From: Acidobacteriota bacterium | GTDB lineage: Bacteria > Acidobacteriota > Aminicenantia > Aminicenantales > Saccharicenantaceae | DNA: 64,000 bases | Direction of reading: 5' to 3' | NCBI GenBank assembly: GCA_029569255.1 | Contig: JAKQUO010000019.1 | Coordinates: 23,175-87,174 of the forward strand | Shown: one piece after another, positions 9,127 through 18,262 of the stretch | Position numbering within the stretch: the first letter of the stretch is position 1 | Layout: the number at the start of each line of letters is the position of its first letter | Position numbers and translations under genes: made by a program | Notes under the pieces: model-generated | What the model saw: only the letters and a program-made list of their open reading frames with translations | Told to the model about the DNA's origin: nothing | Database searches by the model: none

Positions 9127-11403
9127 ATGAATCCCCGGAAGTCGATGCCCGCGGTCCTTCTCCTCGTCCTGACAGCGTCCCTCCCGGCCCGGACGGCGCC
9201 GCCCCAAGCGGGGCCGAGGCCGCCGCAGCGGCCGGCCCCGCCGCGGGAGGCCCCGGCCGACTTGAAGCCGCTGCTCACGCCGGCGCAGAGCGAGATGCGC
9301 CTCGTCGCCGACAGGTACGCGGCCGACCGCGACGAATTGTCACGGTTCTATCGCCTGGCCTCGCCCGTCCGCTTCGGGCGGCTCAAGAGATTCGACCTGG
9401 ATTGGCAAGCGGCGCTGGCCGCGATCAAGCCCGCGTCTCTGAAGGCCTCGGCGAGGAAGGACCTCGAGGCCCTCCAGGAGACCGTCCAGGTCAACCTCCG
9501 ACAGCTCGAGGCCGAGGCGGCGGCCGCCGCCAGGATCGGGCCGCTGGTCCCCTTCGCGCCGGCCGTCACCGGGCTCGAGGAAGCGAGGATGCGCATGGAG
9601 ACCCTGGACGCCCGGAAGGCGGCGGTAATCCTGAGCGGGGCGGTCGACCACGCGGCCGAGACGCGCGCCAAGCTGGAATCCCTCAAGGACGGGCCGGGCC
9701 TCGCGGATATCGCCCCGGGTCGGGACGTCGTCCTCCGGGCCGCCGACGCCGTCAAGGTCCTCAGGGCCGCGCTCAAGTCTTGGCACGGCTTCTACCATGA
9801 GTACGATCCCCTGTTCGATTGGTGGCTGGCCCAGCCGTACGGGCAGGCGGACAAGGCCTTCGACGAATACGAGACCTTTCTCAGGGACACGCTCGCCCCG
9901 GCCGTGGCCGCGGAAAAGGCCCCGGCGCCGACGGCGGCCCCCATCGAGCCGGCCGCCGCGCCGCCTTTCTCCCAGGTGCCCGACCTGGCGCGCCTGATCG
10001 CTTTCCCCCAGGATGAGATGCGCGGCGTGGTGGAACGTTTCAGGGGGGGCCGGGGCTTCGGCGGCCCGGGAGGGCCCGGCGGAGCCGCCGCCCCGGACAA
10101 GGCCTACCTGTCCGCCTGGTTGACCGCTTTGAAGAAGCTCGATTTCAGGAAGCTCGGCCGGCCGGCCCAGATCGACTATCTCTACCTGCGGAACAGCCTC
10201 GAGGTCCAGCTCCGGCGGGCCGAGCTGCCGACCCGGCCGGACGTCCCGCGCAAGCCGGACGACAGCGGCATCGCAGGACAGCCCATCGGCCGCGAGGCCC
10301 TTCTGCTCGGCCTGGCGGAGGAGCTCATCCCCTATACCCCGGAGGAGCTCATCGCCGAAGCCGACCGCCAGTTCGCCTGGTGCGAAGCCGAGATGAAGGC
10401 GACGGCGGCCGAGATGGGGCTGGGCGGCGACTGGAAGGCGGCCGTGGAGAAGGTCAAGACCATGCACGCCGAGCCCGGCGGGCAGCCGGCCGTCGTGCGC
10501 GACCTGATCCTCGGGGCCGTCGATTATCTGCGGGAAAAGGACCTCATCACGGTTCCCGAGATCGAGAAGGAGACGCTCCGCATGGAGATGATGTCGGCCC
10601 GCCGCCAGCTGGTCACTCCGTTCTTCACCGGCGGCGCCCTCATCAGCGTGTCCTTCCCCACGAGCGCGATGACCACGGGACAGAAGCTCGAGAGCCTGCG
10701 CGGCAACAATATCCCCTTCTCCCACGCCACGGCCTTCCACGAGATGATCCCGGGCCACAACATGCAGAACTTCATGTCCCGGCGCTTCAGGGGCCTCGTA
10801 TCCGACCTCGGCACCTCGTTCTGGCTCGAGGGCTGGCCCGTCTATTGGGAGACCCTGCTCTACGACCTGGGCTTCGACGCCACGCCCGAGGAGAGGGTCG
10901 GCGCCCTTTTCTGGCGCATGCACCGCTGCGCCCGGATCGTGTTTTCCCTCCGGTTCCACCTGGGCGACTGGTCGCCGCAGGAATGCATCGACTACCTGGT
11001 CGAGACGGTCGGCCACGAGCGCGAGAACGCCACGGCCGAGGTCCGGCGCTCGTTCGCCGGCGGATACGGGCCGCTCTACCAGGCCGCCTACCTCGTCGGG
11101 GCGCTCCAGATGCGCGCCCTCAAGGCGGAGCTGGTGGACTCGGGGCGGATGAGCCTCAAGGACTTCCACGACGCCGTGGTCGAACGGGGCAGCCTGCCCA
11201 TCGCCCTGCTGCGGCTGTGGCTCGGCGGCGGGAAGCTCCGGGCCGACATGCCGCTCGATTGGAAGTTCCTCGGCCCGGGCACGGCCGCCGGGGACCGGCC
11301 GGCGGGGGCCTGGGGAGCCGGGGGGAGACGGGGCGTTTTACTGACCGGTCTGGACCGGGATGAGGAAAGAGGCGACGAACAGGTCGCCGTCCGTTCTCAA
11401 TGA
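9127..11403 (+). CDS. DUF885 family protein (putative metallopeptidase-like), secreted/lipoprotein
   Basis: 758 aa with a signal peptide and the conserved HEMIPGH motif of DUF885. The C-terminal tail overlaps the convergent cupin gene and may be shorter than the ORF. Confidence 0.75.
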   Translation: MNPRKSMPAVLLLVLTASLPARTAPPQAGPRPPQRPAPPREAPADLKPLLTPAQSEMRLVADRYAADRDELSRFYRLASPVRFGRLKRFDLDWQAALAAIKPASLKASARKDLEALQETVQVNLRQLEAEAAAAARIGPLVPFAPAVTGLEEARMRMETLDARKAAVILSGAVDHAAETRAKLESLKDGPGLADIAPGRDVVLRAADAVKVLRAALKSWHGFYHEYDPLFDWWLAQPYGQADKAFDEYETFLRDTLAPAVAAEKAPAPTAAPIEPAAAPPFSQVPDLARLIAFPQDEMRGVVERFRGGRGFGGPGGPGGAAAPDKAYLSAWLTALKKLDFRKLGRPAQIDYLYLRNSLEVQLRRAELPTRPDVPRKPDDSGIAGQPIGREALLLGLAEELIPYTPEELIAEADRQFAWCEAEMKATAAEMGLGGDWKAAVEKVKTMHAEPGGQPAVVRDLILGAVDYLREKDLITVPEIEKETLRMEMMSARRQLVTPFFTGGALISVSFPTSAMTTGQKLESLRGNNIPFSHATAFHEMIPGHNMQNFMSRRFRGLVSDLGTSFWLEGWPVYWETLLYDLGFDATPEERVGALFWRMHRCARIVFSLRFHLGDWSPQECIDYLVETVGHERENATAEVRRSFAGGYGPLYQAAYLVGALQMRALKAELVDSGRMSLKDFHDAVVERGSLPIALLRLWLGGGKLRADMPLDWKFLGPGTAAGDRPAGAWGAGGRRGVLLTGLDRDEERGDEQVAVRSQ

Positions 11404-11604
11404 ATGCATGACCCCCGCCGGGACGATGAAGGCCTTGCCGGCGGCAAGCGCGGTCTCGCCCGTCTCCAGGACGCCGAAACCGCCGCCGGCGATGCAGTAG
11501 AAGACCTCGTCGTGCTTGGGGTGCTTGTGCAGAGGGACCTTCTTGGCCGCGTCGATGTGGTAGACGTTCTTGACGATGGCGTTCTTGACGGCGTCGATGT
11601 CCAT
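11338..11604 (-). CDS. Cupin domain protein
   Basis: 88 aa with a single cupin barrel (HKHPKHDEVFYCIAG ... GVMHSL). Confidence 0.7.
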   Translation of the reverse strand: MDIDAVKNAIVKNVYHIDAAKKVPLHKHPKHDEVFYCIAGGGFGVLETGETALAAGKAFIVPAGVMHSLRTDGDLFVASFLIPVQTGQ

Positions 11605-11669
11605 GGGCCTGTCCTCCCGGGGTCACGGGCGCGCCGCCCGCCGGCGGCGGGCCGGCGTCGGGCGCCCGG

Positions 11670-12044
11670 TCACAAGGTCTGCGTTATGGCGACGGGCCTG
11701 ATCAGCAGGACGGCGCGCAGCCAGGGGAACCGCCCCTTCAGGCTCTCGAACTCGGCCCCTTCGTGAAGGAGCTTCGCCGTGCCCGCGAGGTGGAAGCCCG
11801 CGCCTTTCGAGTGCAGCCCCTCGACGTCGCGGCTGCCGAGCGTCACCAGCACCTTGTCGTTCCTGGCGATGTTGGCCTCGGTGACCTTCATCCTCCCGGC
11901 GGGGACGAGGAGGTCCCCCGCCGGCGTCACCGTCACATAGCTGTTCCAGGTGTTGACGACGTGGGGCCCGGCCTCGCCTTGGGTGACGATGGCGACGACC
12001 CCTTCGTGGTTCAGGACCTCGAGCATCTTGGCGGGGATATCCAT
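11670..12044 (-). CDS. Pyridoxamine 5-prime-phosphate oxidase-like FMN-binding split-barrel protein
   Basis: 124 aa with PNPOx-like fold signatures. The assignment is by family resemblance only. Confidence 0.55.
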   Translation of the reverse strand: MDIPAKMLEVLNHEGVVAIVTQGEAGPHVVNTWNSYVTVTPAGDLLVPAGRMKVTEANIARNDKVLVTLGSRDVEGLHSKGAGFHLAGTAKLLHEGAEFESLKGRFPWLRAVLLIRPVAITQTL

Positions 12045-12117
12045 GTGTCGGCCTCCTCCGGTCCCGGCTTCCGGCCCTCCGGGACCGCGTCAGGGATATT
12101 CTACCACGGGCCGGCCC

Positions 12118-13539
12118 TCAGTCGCCGTACCATTGCCGGCTGCGGACGTTCTGGAGCTGCCAGGGGTTCTGGATGTCGAGCTTCTCGGGGAAGTACTTGC
12201 CGCGGCCGTCGAGCGGCGTCCACTCCGTGAATTCCCCCGCCATGCGGCCCAGGTAGGGCAGGGCCGTCTCCAGGCAGGCCTCGTGATCGAGGTCCTCGGG
12301 CTCGACCACGCCCCGCCGCGGGTTCCGGATGGCCCAGAGAACGGCGGCGACGGCGCCGGCCACGACCTGCATGGTCGTCGCGTTGGCGTAGTCGACGTGG
12401 CGGCGGGCCTCGGCGATGGTGAGCTGCGAGCCGTACCAGTAGGCGTTCCTCTCGTGGCCGGCCAGCAGGACCCCGAGCTCGTCCATGCCGTCCACGATGT
12501 CCGGCCCGAGGCGCCGGCGGCCGACCTGCGGGGCCCACCCGTTCCCCTCCAGCTCGAGCGCGGACAGCATGGCGTCGTCGCAGGGGTGGTACACGAACAT
12601 GACGCTGGGCCGGTAGACGCGCCGCCCGCCCTCGCGGACCGAGAGGTAGTCGGCGATCGAGAAGACCTCGTCGTGCGTCACGAGCATCCCCTGGAAGCCG
12701 CCGATCGAGGGCGTCCAGCTGCGGGCGAAGGTGCTGCAGCCGGGGCGCTTCAGATAGAGCGTGCCGGAGCCGGACCGGTGCTCGCGCGCCTCCCGGGGGC
12801 GCCGTTTCTCGAAGGAGCCGAAGGAGAGCTCGGCCGGCTGCATCAGCTCGTCCACGAAGCCGTCGATGGACCAGGTGTTGACGAATTCGCCCTGCCGCTT
12901 CGGGCGCTGGCTCACTTGGGTGTCGCGCTCGGAGATCTGGATCGTGCGGATGTCGAGCCGGCGCGCCAGCCGGGCCCACTCCTCGCGCCCGGCGGGCGCG
13001 GCCGGCCCCTGGCCGATGTGCCGGTCCAGGTCGAGGAGGGCGCGCTTGACGAAGTGGCTCACCAGGCCCGGGTTGGCGCCGTGGTCGACCACGGCCGTCG
13101 GCGCCCCGGGCCCCAGCTCCGCCGCGAGGTCGAGCAGCTTGGCCCGGATGGCGAAGTTGGTCCGCTGGCAGAGCTTCAGCATGGGATTGTCGAACACGCC
13201 CGGCCACGGCTCGATCGAGGTGTCCACGTAGAGCGCGTCCCGCTCGGCGCAGAAGCGGATCAGGTCGACGCTCGAGATGTCGATGGACAGGTTCAGCAGC
13301 AGGTCGCCGCCGCGGACGTAGCTCTTCAGGGCGGCGCGGTAGTTGCCGGGGGTCAGGTGGCCGTGGACGAATCGCGCGCCGCAGCGTTCGGCGATCCGGC
13401 GCCCCGATTCGTCGGCGGCCAGGACGGTGAGCCGCCCGCGCAGGTCCCCGAGATGCCGGCCGAGGACCGGCAGCGCGGCCTGGCCGATGCTGCCGCAGCC
13501 GACCATGGTGACGCGCCCTTCGAAGTCCAGGCCGGTCAT
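12118..13539 (-). CDS. hss: Homospermidine synthase
   Basis: The 473-aa C-terminal part of a longer artefactual ORF. It aligns along its length with bacterial Hss (GCGSIGQ Rossmann, GANPGLVSHFVK, ERDTQV, YHPCDDA, YWYGS motifs). The start at the ATG MTGLDFEG was taken from the sequence. Confidence 0.8.
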   Translation of the reverse strand: MTGLDFEGRVTMVGCGSIGQAALPVLGRHLGDLRGRLTVLAADESGRRIAERCGARFVHGHLTPGNYRAALKSYVRGGDLLLNLSIDISSVDLIRFCAERDALYVDTSIEPWPGVFDNPMLKLCQRTNFAIRAKLLDLAAELGPGAPTAVVDHGANPGLVSHFVKRALLDLDRHIGQGPAAPAGREEWARLARRLDIRTIQISERDTQVSQRPKRQGEFVNTWSIDGFVDELMQPAELSFGSFEKRRPREAREHRSGSGTLYLKRPGCSTFARSWTPSIGGFQGMLVTHDEVFSIADYLSVREGGRRVYRPSVMFVYHPCDDAMLSALELEGNGWAPQVGRRRLGPDIVDGMDELGVLLAGHERNAYWYGSQLTIAEARRHVDYANATTMQVVAGAVAAVLWAIRNPRRGVVEPEDLDHEACLETALPYLGRMAGEFTEWTPLDGRGKYFPEKLDIQNPWQLQNVRSRQWYGD

Positions 13540-13628
13540 CGGTTCTCCAGTCGACGCTCGACGCGCGTTCGCGGCTCCGCGCGAGCTCCGCGGCGGCGCC
13601 GGGCCTCTTGCGCGGTCCCCGCCCCGCC

Positions 13629-14915
13629 TTACTTGGCGGAGACCGGGACGACCTGGAACACGAGCTCGCGGTCGAGCTTCTCGACGTAGATCAGGGTTTC
13701 CGCCGGCGGATGGGCCTTCAGCTCCGGGGCCAGGCGGGACAGGGCCTCGTAGAACTCGGCTCGCACCCGGGCCGCGTCGCCCGCGCCCTTCTTCACCATC
13801 AGGCGGACCTTGACCAGGTCTTTGAGCTCCAGGCCGCCGGCCCGCATGAAGTCGCGCAGGTTCCTCACGGTCAAGTCGATCTGGCCCTCCAGGCCGTCCT
13901 TGTAGGCCATGTCGTTGGCGTACTCGACGCCCACCACGTCCACGATGTGCGACAGGCCGGCCACCGTCGCCGTCTTGTTGACGTCCATGGGGACCTCGGT
14001 GTAGGGGGCGCCCTTGATCTCCTCCGGCTTGGCCGTCGTGCCGACGGCGTCCATTTCCAGCAGGAACCCGGGGGCCGCCATGCCGTTGACGCCCATCATG
14101 GCCCCGACGCCGGGATATTTCTTGTGGAACGGCTCGCGCTTGCCGATCTCCGCGTGGAACTTCTCGACGATCGCGGCGGCGTCGGAGCCGACCTTGTAAT
14201 AGATGTTGTGCTGGACCATCTGCGTGAGCGAGAGGCCGGCCCCCTTGAAGGCCTGCTCGAGCTTGTCGACGACGGCCGTCACCTGCTCGTCGAGCGTCTT
14301 CGGCAGCGTGCCGTTCCGGAAGTCCATGGCCTCGAGCCCGGCCGTGAACATGAACCGGCCCCCGGTCACGGTCTCGGCGATCTCCTGGGGGCCGTAGACG
14401 AACGGGACGCGCTTGTAGCCGTCGTCGTCGGCCCCTTGGGCCAGGGGCTTCCCGGCCACGATGTCGAGCATGACCGCCCCCGTCCCCGGCATCTGGGGGA
14501 CGCGGATGATGGTCCCCACGCTGCGCAGCGTCTTGAGGCTGGGGGCCAGCCGGGTGGCGGTCTTGTGGAACCGGTCGAGAACGGCGCCGGGGCTGACCGC
14601 GCCGTCCTTGACGAAGATCGTGTGCTGCAGCATGTTGCCGATGCCCAGCCCCTGCTCGGCCAGCCGGGCGTGCATCGTCTCGATCACTTCCTCCACCTGG
14701 TCGAGCGGGTCCGGCTTGGTGCCGTAGACCCCCGACGGGAAGACGAGGTTGTCGACCGAGACCATCTTGGCGGCCTGGGCCGGGTTTTCGGGCCGGGCGG
14801 CCTCCTCCTTGGTGAAGGGGACGCGCTTGACCTCCGCGCTCCGGGCCTGGACCGCCAAGCCCAGGGCCAGCGCCGCCAGCGCGAGAGCGATCGACCCCGG
14901 TTTCTTCGCGTTCAC
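13629..14915 (-). CDS. Secreted protein with three tandem RidA/YjgF-like domains
   Basis: Signal peptide followed by three repeats, each ending in a RidA-like P-A-x-T/S-x-V-x-V...E pattern (PSLKTLRSVGTIIRV; PGVGAMMGVNG...LLEMD; PAETLIYVEKLDRELVFQV). Confidence 0.55.
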   Translation of the reverse strand: MNAKKPGSIALALAALALGLAVQARSAEVKRVPFTKEEAARPENPAQAAKMVSVDNLVFPSGVYGTKPDPLDQVEEVIETMHARLAEQGLGIGNMLQHTIFVKDGAVSPGAVLDRFHKTATRLAPSLKTLRSVGTIIRVPQMPGTGAVMLDIVAGKPLAQGADDDGYKRVPFVYGPQEIAETVTGGRFMFTAGLEAMDFRNGTLPKTLDEQVTAVVDKLEQAFKGAGLSLTQMVQHNIYYKVGSDAAAIVEKFHAEIGKREPFHKKYPGVGAMMGVNGMAAPGFLLEMDAVGTTAKPEEIKGAPYTEVPMDVNKTATVAGLSHIVDVVGVEYANDMAYKDGLEGQIDLTVRNLRDFMRAGGLELKDLVKVRLMVKKGAGDAARVRAEFYEALSRLAPELKAHPPAETLIYVEKLDRELVFQVVPVSAK

Positions 14916-14930
14916 GCCCTGTTCTCCGTT

Positions 14931-15293
14931 CTAGGCCTTCTTCTTGACCACGTACTCGAAAGACTGCCCCATGACCTCGCCGGTCAGCTTCATCTCGGTC
15001 GGCGAAACCAGGATGCCCTTGTAGTTGATGGACAGCTGCTCCCCCTGCATATCGACCACCAGGACGAAGGTGAGGTCCTTGCCCTCGATCTTCCCGTCTT
15101 TCAGGGGCATCACCGGGGAGCCCTCCTGGCTGACCCCGCCGGTCAGCACGGCGCCTTCCGCCTTGAACGTCCAGACGACGGAGACTTCCATGCCGTTCAT
15201 GTCGATCTTGCCGGTCCAAGTGCCGTCGACGTCGGCCGCGGCGGCGAAGGCCGCGAACAACAGGATGCTCAACAGCGCCATACTGGTCTTCAT
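14931..15293 (-). CDS. Small secreted hypothetical protein
   Basis: 120 aa with a clear signal peptide (MKTSMALLSILLFAAFAAA) and good coding periodicity. Confidence 0.5.
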   Translation of the reverse strand: MKTSMALLSILLFAAFAAAADVDGTWTGKIDMNGMEVSVVWTFKAEGAVLTGGVSQEGSPVMPLKDGKIEGKDLTFVLVVDMQGEQLSINYKGILVSPTEMKLTGEVMGQSFEYVVKKKA

Positions 15294-15526
15294 GGGACCT
15301 CCTTTGTTATGGAAATCGGATTTCTTCCGAGCGCGGGTCGCGAAACGTCGGTCTCGGCCCCCGGATCGGCCCTTTCCCGCGCGGAACGAGGGTATATCGG
15401 GCGGGGCCGGAAGTCAAGAGCCCACCCAGCCCGGGAAGGTGGCGAGCCTCGAGGGCACTTCGACTTCAAGGGCAGGAACGGTCAACGGCACCTAATCAAA
15501 ATGGCCGTTTCCCCCGGAAACACAGA

Positions 15527-15576
15527 GCGCGCCTGGAGGGGCTCGAACCCCCGACCCGCTGCTTAGAGGGCGGTTG
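15527..15576 (-). repeat. Direct repeat A: 3-prime fragment of tRNA-Arg(TCT) (att-like)
   Basis: About 47/50 nt identical to the acceptor/T-arm/anticodon-stem 3-prime half of the intact tRNA-Arg at 28534-28610, in the same orientation. Confidence 0.7.
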
Positions 15577-15931
15577 GACGGCCTCCCCTGTTTTGGGGCT
15601 TTCTCAGCGCGGCAGCGTAGGCGAATCCGTAGAAATAGCTCCGCCAGGCCTTCTCGGACGAACGGAATTCATTGTCCCCGAGAAAGTAATCAAGAAGAGC
15701 TTCCCGCACCCTAGTCAGCTCCTTCAGCCGGGTCAGGTGCTTGGGATCGGCAATGGTCAGGTTCAGGAGTTCCAAGGCCCGGAGGACGGCCAGGCGACTG
15801 TATTCGGGGTTGTGCTTGGCGCGCCAATTCAGGGCCCGTTCGACTTCGCTCCCGACATGGGCCAATTGTTCGGCCAAGGAGAAAACCCGCCACCGGCCGG
15901 CCGAGAGCGTTTCGTGCTGGGCCGGCGTCAT
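15563..15931 (-). CDS. Hypothetical protein (weak MazG-like all-alpha resemblance); C-terminus runs into the att repeat
   Basis: 122 aa. It overlaps the next gene by 4 nt, and its stop codon lies inside the tRNA-fragment repeat. Confidence 0.4.
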   Translation of the reverse strand: MTPAQHETLSAGRWRVFSLAEQLAHVGSEVERALNWRAKHNPEYSRLAVLRALELLNLTIADPKHLTRLKELTRVREALLDYFLGDNEFRSSEKAWRSYFYGFAYAAALRKPQNRGGRPTAL

Positions 15932-16266
15932 TGCAGAAGTCCCGTGACGGCCTGAACGATCCTTTCGCGGATCACGGGATCATCGACGCCGCGAGAGCCA
16001 TTTCCCTGGGAGGGCCGGATATTGATGACGGAAGCGAATTCGATCCGGTCTGGGCTTTCAAGCTCCGGATAGATGTTGATCCCCCAGAGGTTCTCCTGGA
16101 GGGAGCCGTTCTCCAGCAGGAGCGCTTCTTCGTCGGCGTGAAGCTCTCCGTCCACGGCCATGATCTTCCGCTCGACGTCCACGACGGCTTTGACCAGGTT
16201 CCCGAAGCGCCCTTCGGCCATGACCTTGAGCTCGCCTAAGGGCAGGGGGGAGTCGATGATCTTCAC
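15928..16266 (-). CDS. Hypothetical protein (first gene of two-gene islet module)
   Basis: 112 aa with a GTG start and a 4-nt overlap with the downstream ORF. Confidence 0.4.
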   Translation of the reverse strand: MKIIDSPLPLGELKVMAEGRFGNLVKAVVDVERKIMAVDGELHADEEALLLENGSLQENLWGINIYPELESPDRIEFASVINIRPSQGNGSRGVDDPVIRERIVQAVTGLLQ

Positions 16267-16392
16267 CGTCCAAATATATCATAGTCGGGGAGCGTCAAGA
16301 AGCTCATCTGTCTGACGCCGGCGGAATTCGCACCCATCGGAGCCAGGGCCGAGGACGGCACCATAATGGCCCTGCTTTTGGGAAAACAGAGA

Positions 16393-16442
16393 GCGCGCCT
16401 GGAGGGACTCGAACCCCCGACCCGCTGCTGAGAAGGCAGCAG
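16393..16442 (-). repeat. Direct repeat B: 3-prime fragment of tRNA-Arg(TCT) (att-like)
   Basis: 48/50 nt identical to the 3-prime half of the tRNA-Arg at 28534-28610. The 5-prime flank is also similar to repeat A (ggaaa(a)cacagag before the tRNA-like part). Confidence 0.75.
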
Positions 16443-16524
16443 GACTACGTCATTAACTGATGCGGGCAGAATAGGTTGCGAGCGCCCTAATGGACGATGT
16501 GCTCAGAATTGTGCTCACCGGGCG

Positions 16525-17655
16525 TCACTTTCTCGATCGTCTGTCGTATCGCAGAAGCCAGTCGTAGATCTCCCGGCCTGGATAGACCTGCCAGTGGATC
16601 CAGTGGCCGACATCCGGTTCGGCGGAGAATCTCAGGCTCCGGTTCTCCCCTTCGAGCCTCCTGACGATCCGTTCCGTTTCTTCGAAAGGCACGACCGTAT
16701 CCAGCTTCCCGTGGAAGGCCCAGACAGGCATATCGAGCAGCCTGGAGATGTGCTTGCCGATGTACCCGAGATGGCTCGTGAATCCGCAGATCGGCGCGAT
16801 GGCCGCGAAGATCTTGGGATACCGGGCGGCGATGTACCACGTGCCCGAGCCGCCGAGGCTCGGCCCGGTTAGATAAACCCTGTCGAAGTCGATCCTGTAC
16901 TTGGCCGTCACTTCCTTATAGAAGTTCTCGAACCAGTCATCGGTCTCCCACCGGAGATGCTCGGGGCACTGCGGGGCGAGCATGATGAACGGGAACTCCC
17001 GCCCCCGATAGACCTGATCGGGGATCCCGGACGAGTACAGCTTCTTCAGATCGGTCCCCCGATCGGAGCCTCCATGCAGGTAGATGACGAGCGGCCACTT
17101 CCTCGTGGCGTCCGCTTCGTAATCCTTAGGGAGATACGACAGGTATCGATAGCTGACGTTCCGGCGATGCTGGTTCATGCCGTGCGCGGACGTCGAATCG
17201 AACTGCAGGTCCCCTTTCTCTGACCAGTATCGGACCCGGCCGTGCAGCTGCCCGTCGAGCCAATTCTGCTCCGCTTCCTTTTGCCCTCTCTCATACCAGT
17301 CGGTGCTCGCGCCGCTCAGCCGGCCCCGTTTGAAGCGGCCCTCGAATTTCTTGCGGCCGTTCCGGTGCCATTCCGTGTAGGGCCCTTCCTTGGTGTTCGA
17401 GCGGTAATTGCACTGGTAGTCCTCCTTCACCCGCTTGTCGAAGGAGGCGTAGAAGGCGTCCATCTGGATCTGTCCGTTCTCATAGTAGTCCCGGACGTGG
17501 AACAGATGCGTCCGGTCGTCCCGGCTGATGACGCGCGTGTAGATGATCGTCTGGCGGTTCGAGACCGCCTGACGCAAGGTCTGGGTTTCGGCTTCCTGGG
17601 CTTGTCCGCGCCCCAGGCAGAAGAGGATCGAGAGAACGGCGGCGATTCGTTTCAT
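16525..17655 (-). CDS. Secreted fusion protein: N-terminal YwqK/MORN-like repeats + C-terminal alpha/beta-hydrolase esterase
   Basis: Signal peptide. Repeated YxxGxxxG-type units (TEWHRNGRKKFEGRFKRGRLSGASTDWYERGQ...). The C-terminal domain has a GxSxG nucleophile elbow (LTGPSLGGSG) and an HGxxD motif. GC content is lower by eye. Confidence 0.7.
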   Translation of the reverse strand: MKRIAAVLSILFCLGRGQAQEAETQTLRQAVSNRQTIIYTRVISRDDRTHLFHVRDYYENGQIQMDAFYASFDKRVKEDYQCNYRSNTKEGPYTEWHRNGRKKFEGRFKRGRLSGASTDWYERGQKEAEQNWLDGQLHGRVRYWSEKGDLQFDSTSAHGMNQHRRNVSYRYLSYLPKDYEADATRKWPLVIYLHGGSDRGTDLKKLYSSGIPDQVYRGREFPFIMLAPQCPEHLRWETDDWFENFYKEVTAKYRIDFDRVYLTGPSLGGSGTWYIAARYPKIFAAIAPICGFTSHLGYIGKHISRLLDMPVWAFHGKLDTVVPFEETERIVRRLEGENRSLRFSAEPDVGHWIHWQVYPGREIYDWLLRYDRRSRK

Positions 17656-18241
17656 GTCGGACCGCGGAGCCCCAGAAGGCCAGCCCGTCTTTGCCAGAGC
17701 CCGCGCAGGAGCATATCACCCCTCCTGAATTCGGGTCCATCGATCGTGATGACGATCTTCCCCTTGGCGTGCCCTTCCTCGAGGTAGCGCATCGCCGAGG
17801 CGGTCTCGCTCAGCGGGTGGCGGCGGTCGATGACGGGCTTGACCTTTCCGGCTTCCAGGAGCTGGGCGATGAAGCCCAGGTCCTTATGGTTCATTCTCGC
17901 CATCAGGACAACGATCTTCTTACGGCGCCCGCGCGACAGCCACGGCCCCAGGAACAAGGATCGGAAGACCTCGTCGCCGGGCTTGAATCGGCCGGCCTTC
18001 GGCCCGACCGCTTCGACGCGCCCCGCGACATCCTCCCCCAGGATCGTGTTCTTGGGTTTGAACAATCCGCCGGACAGGCTGGCGACGAACGGCTTGCCCT
18101 CATGAGATGCCAGTCGTAGGCGTTGAGGGCGGCCGCCTCGATCTCGATCAGGACCTCATCGTCCTTGGGGACGGGCCTCTCCGCGTCCCGATACTCCAAG
18201 ACGTCCGGCAAACCGTATTTGCGATAGACGATGGCTTTCAT
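17652..18241 (-). pseudogene. Degraded tandem paralog of the adjacent MDR oxidoreductase (N- and C-terminal remnants in different frames, Rossmann core missing)
   Basis: ORF 17903-18241 matches the N-terminus of the gene at 18263-19255 (MKAIVY..G.PDVL). ORF 17652-18065 matches its C-terminus (FKPGD.VF ... GK.K..ID). The middle is absent. Confidence 0.6.
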
Positions 18242-18262
18242 GCGGATCCCCTTTGATGGAAT

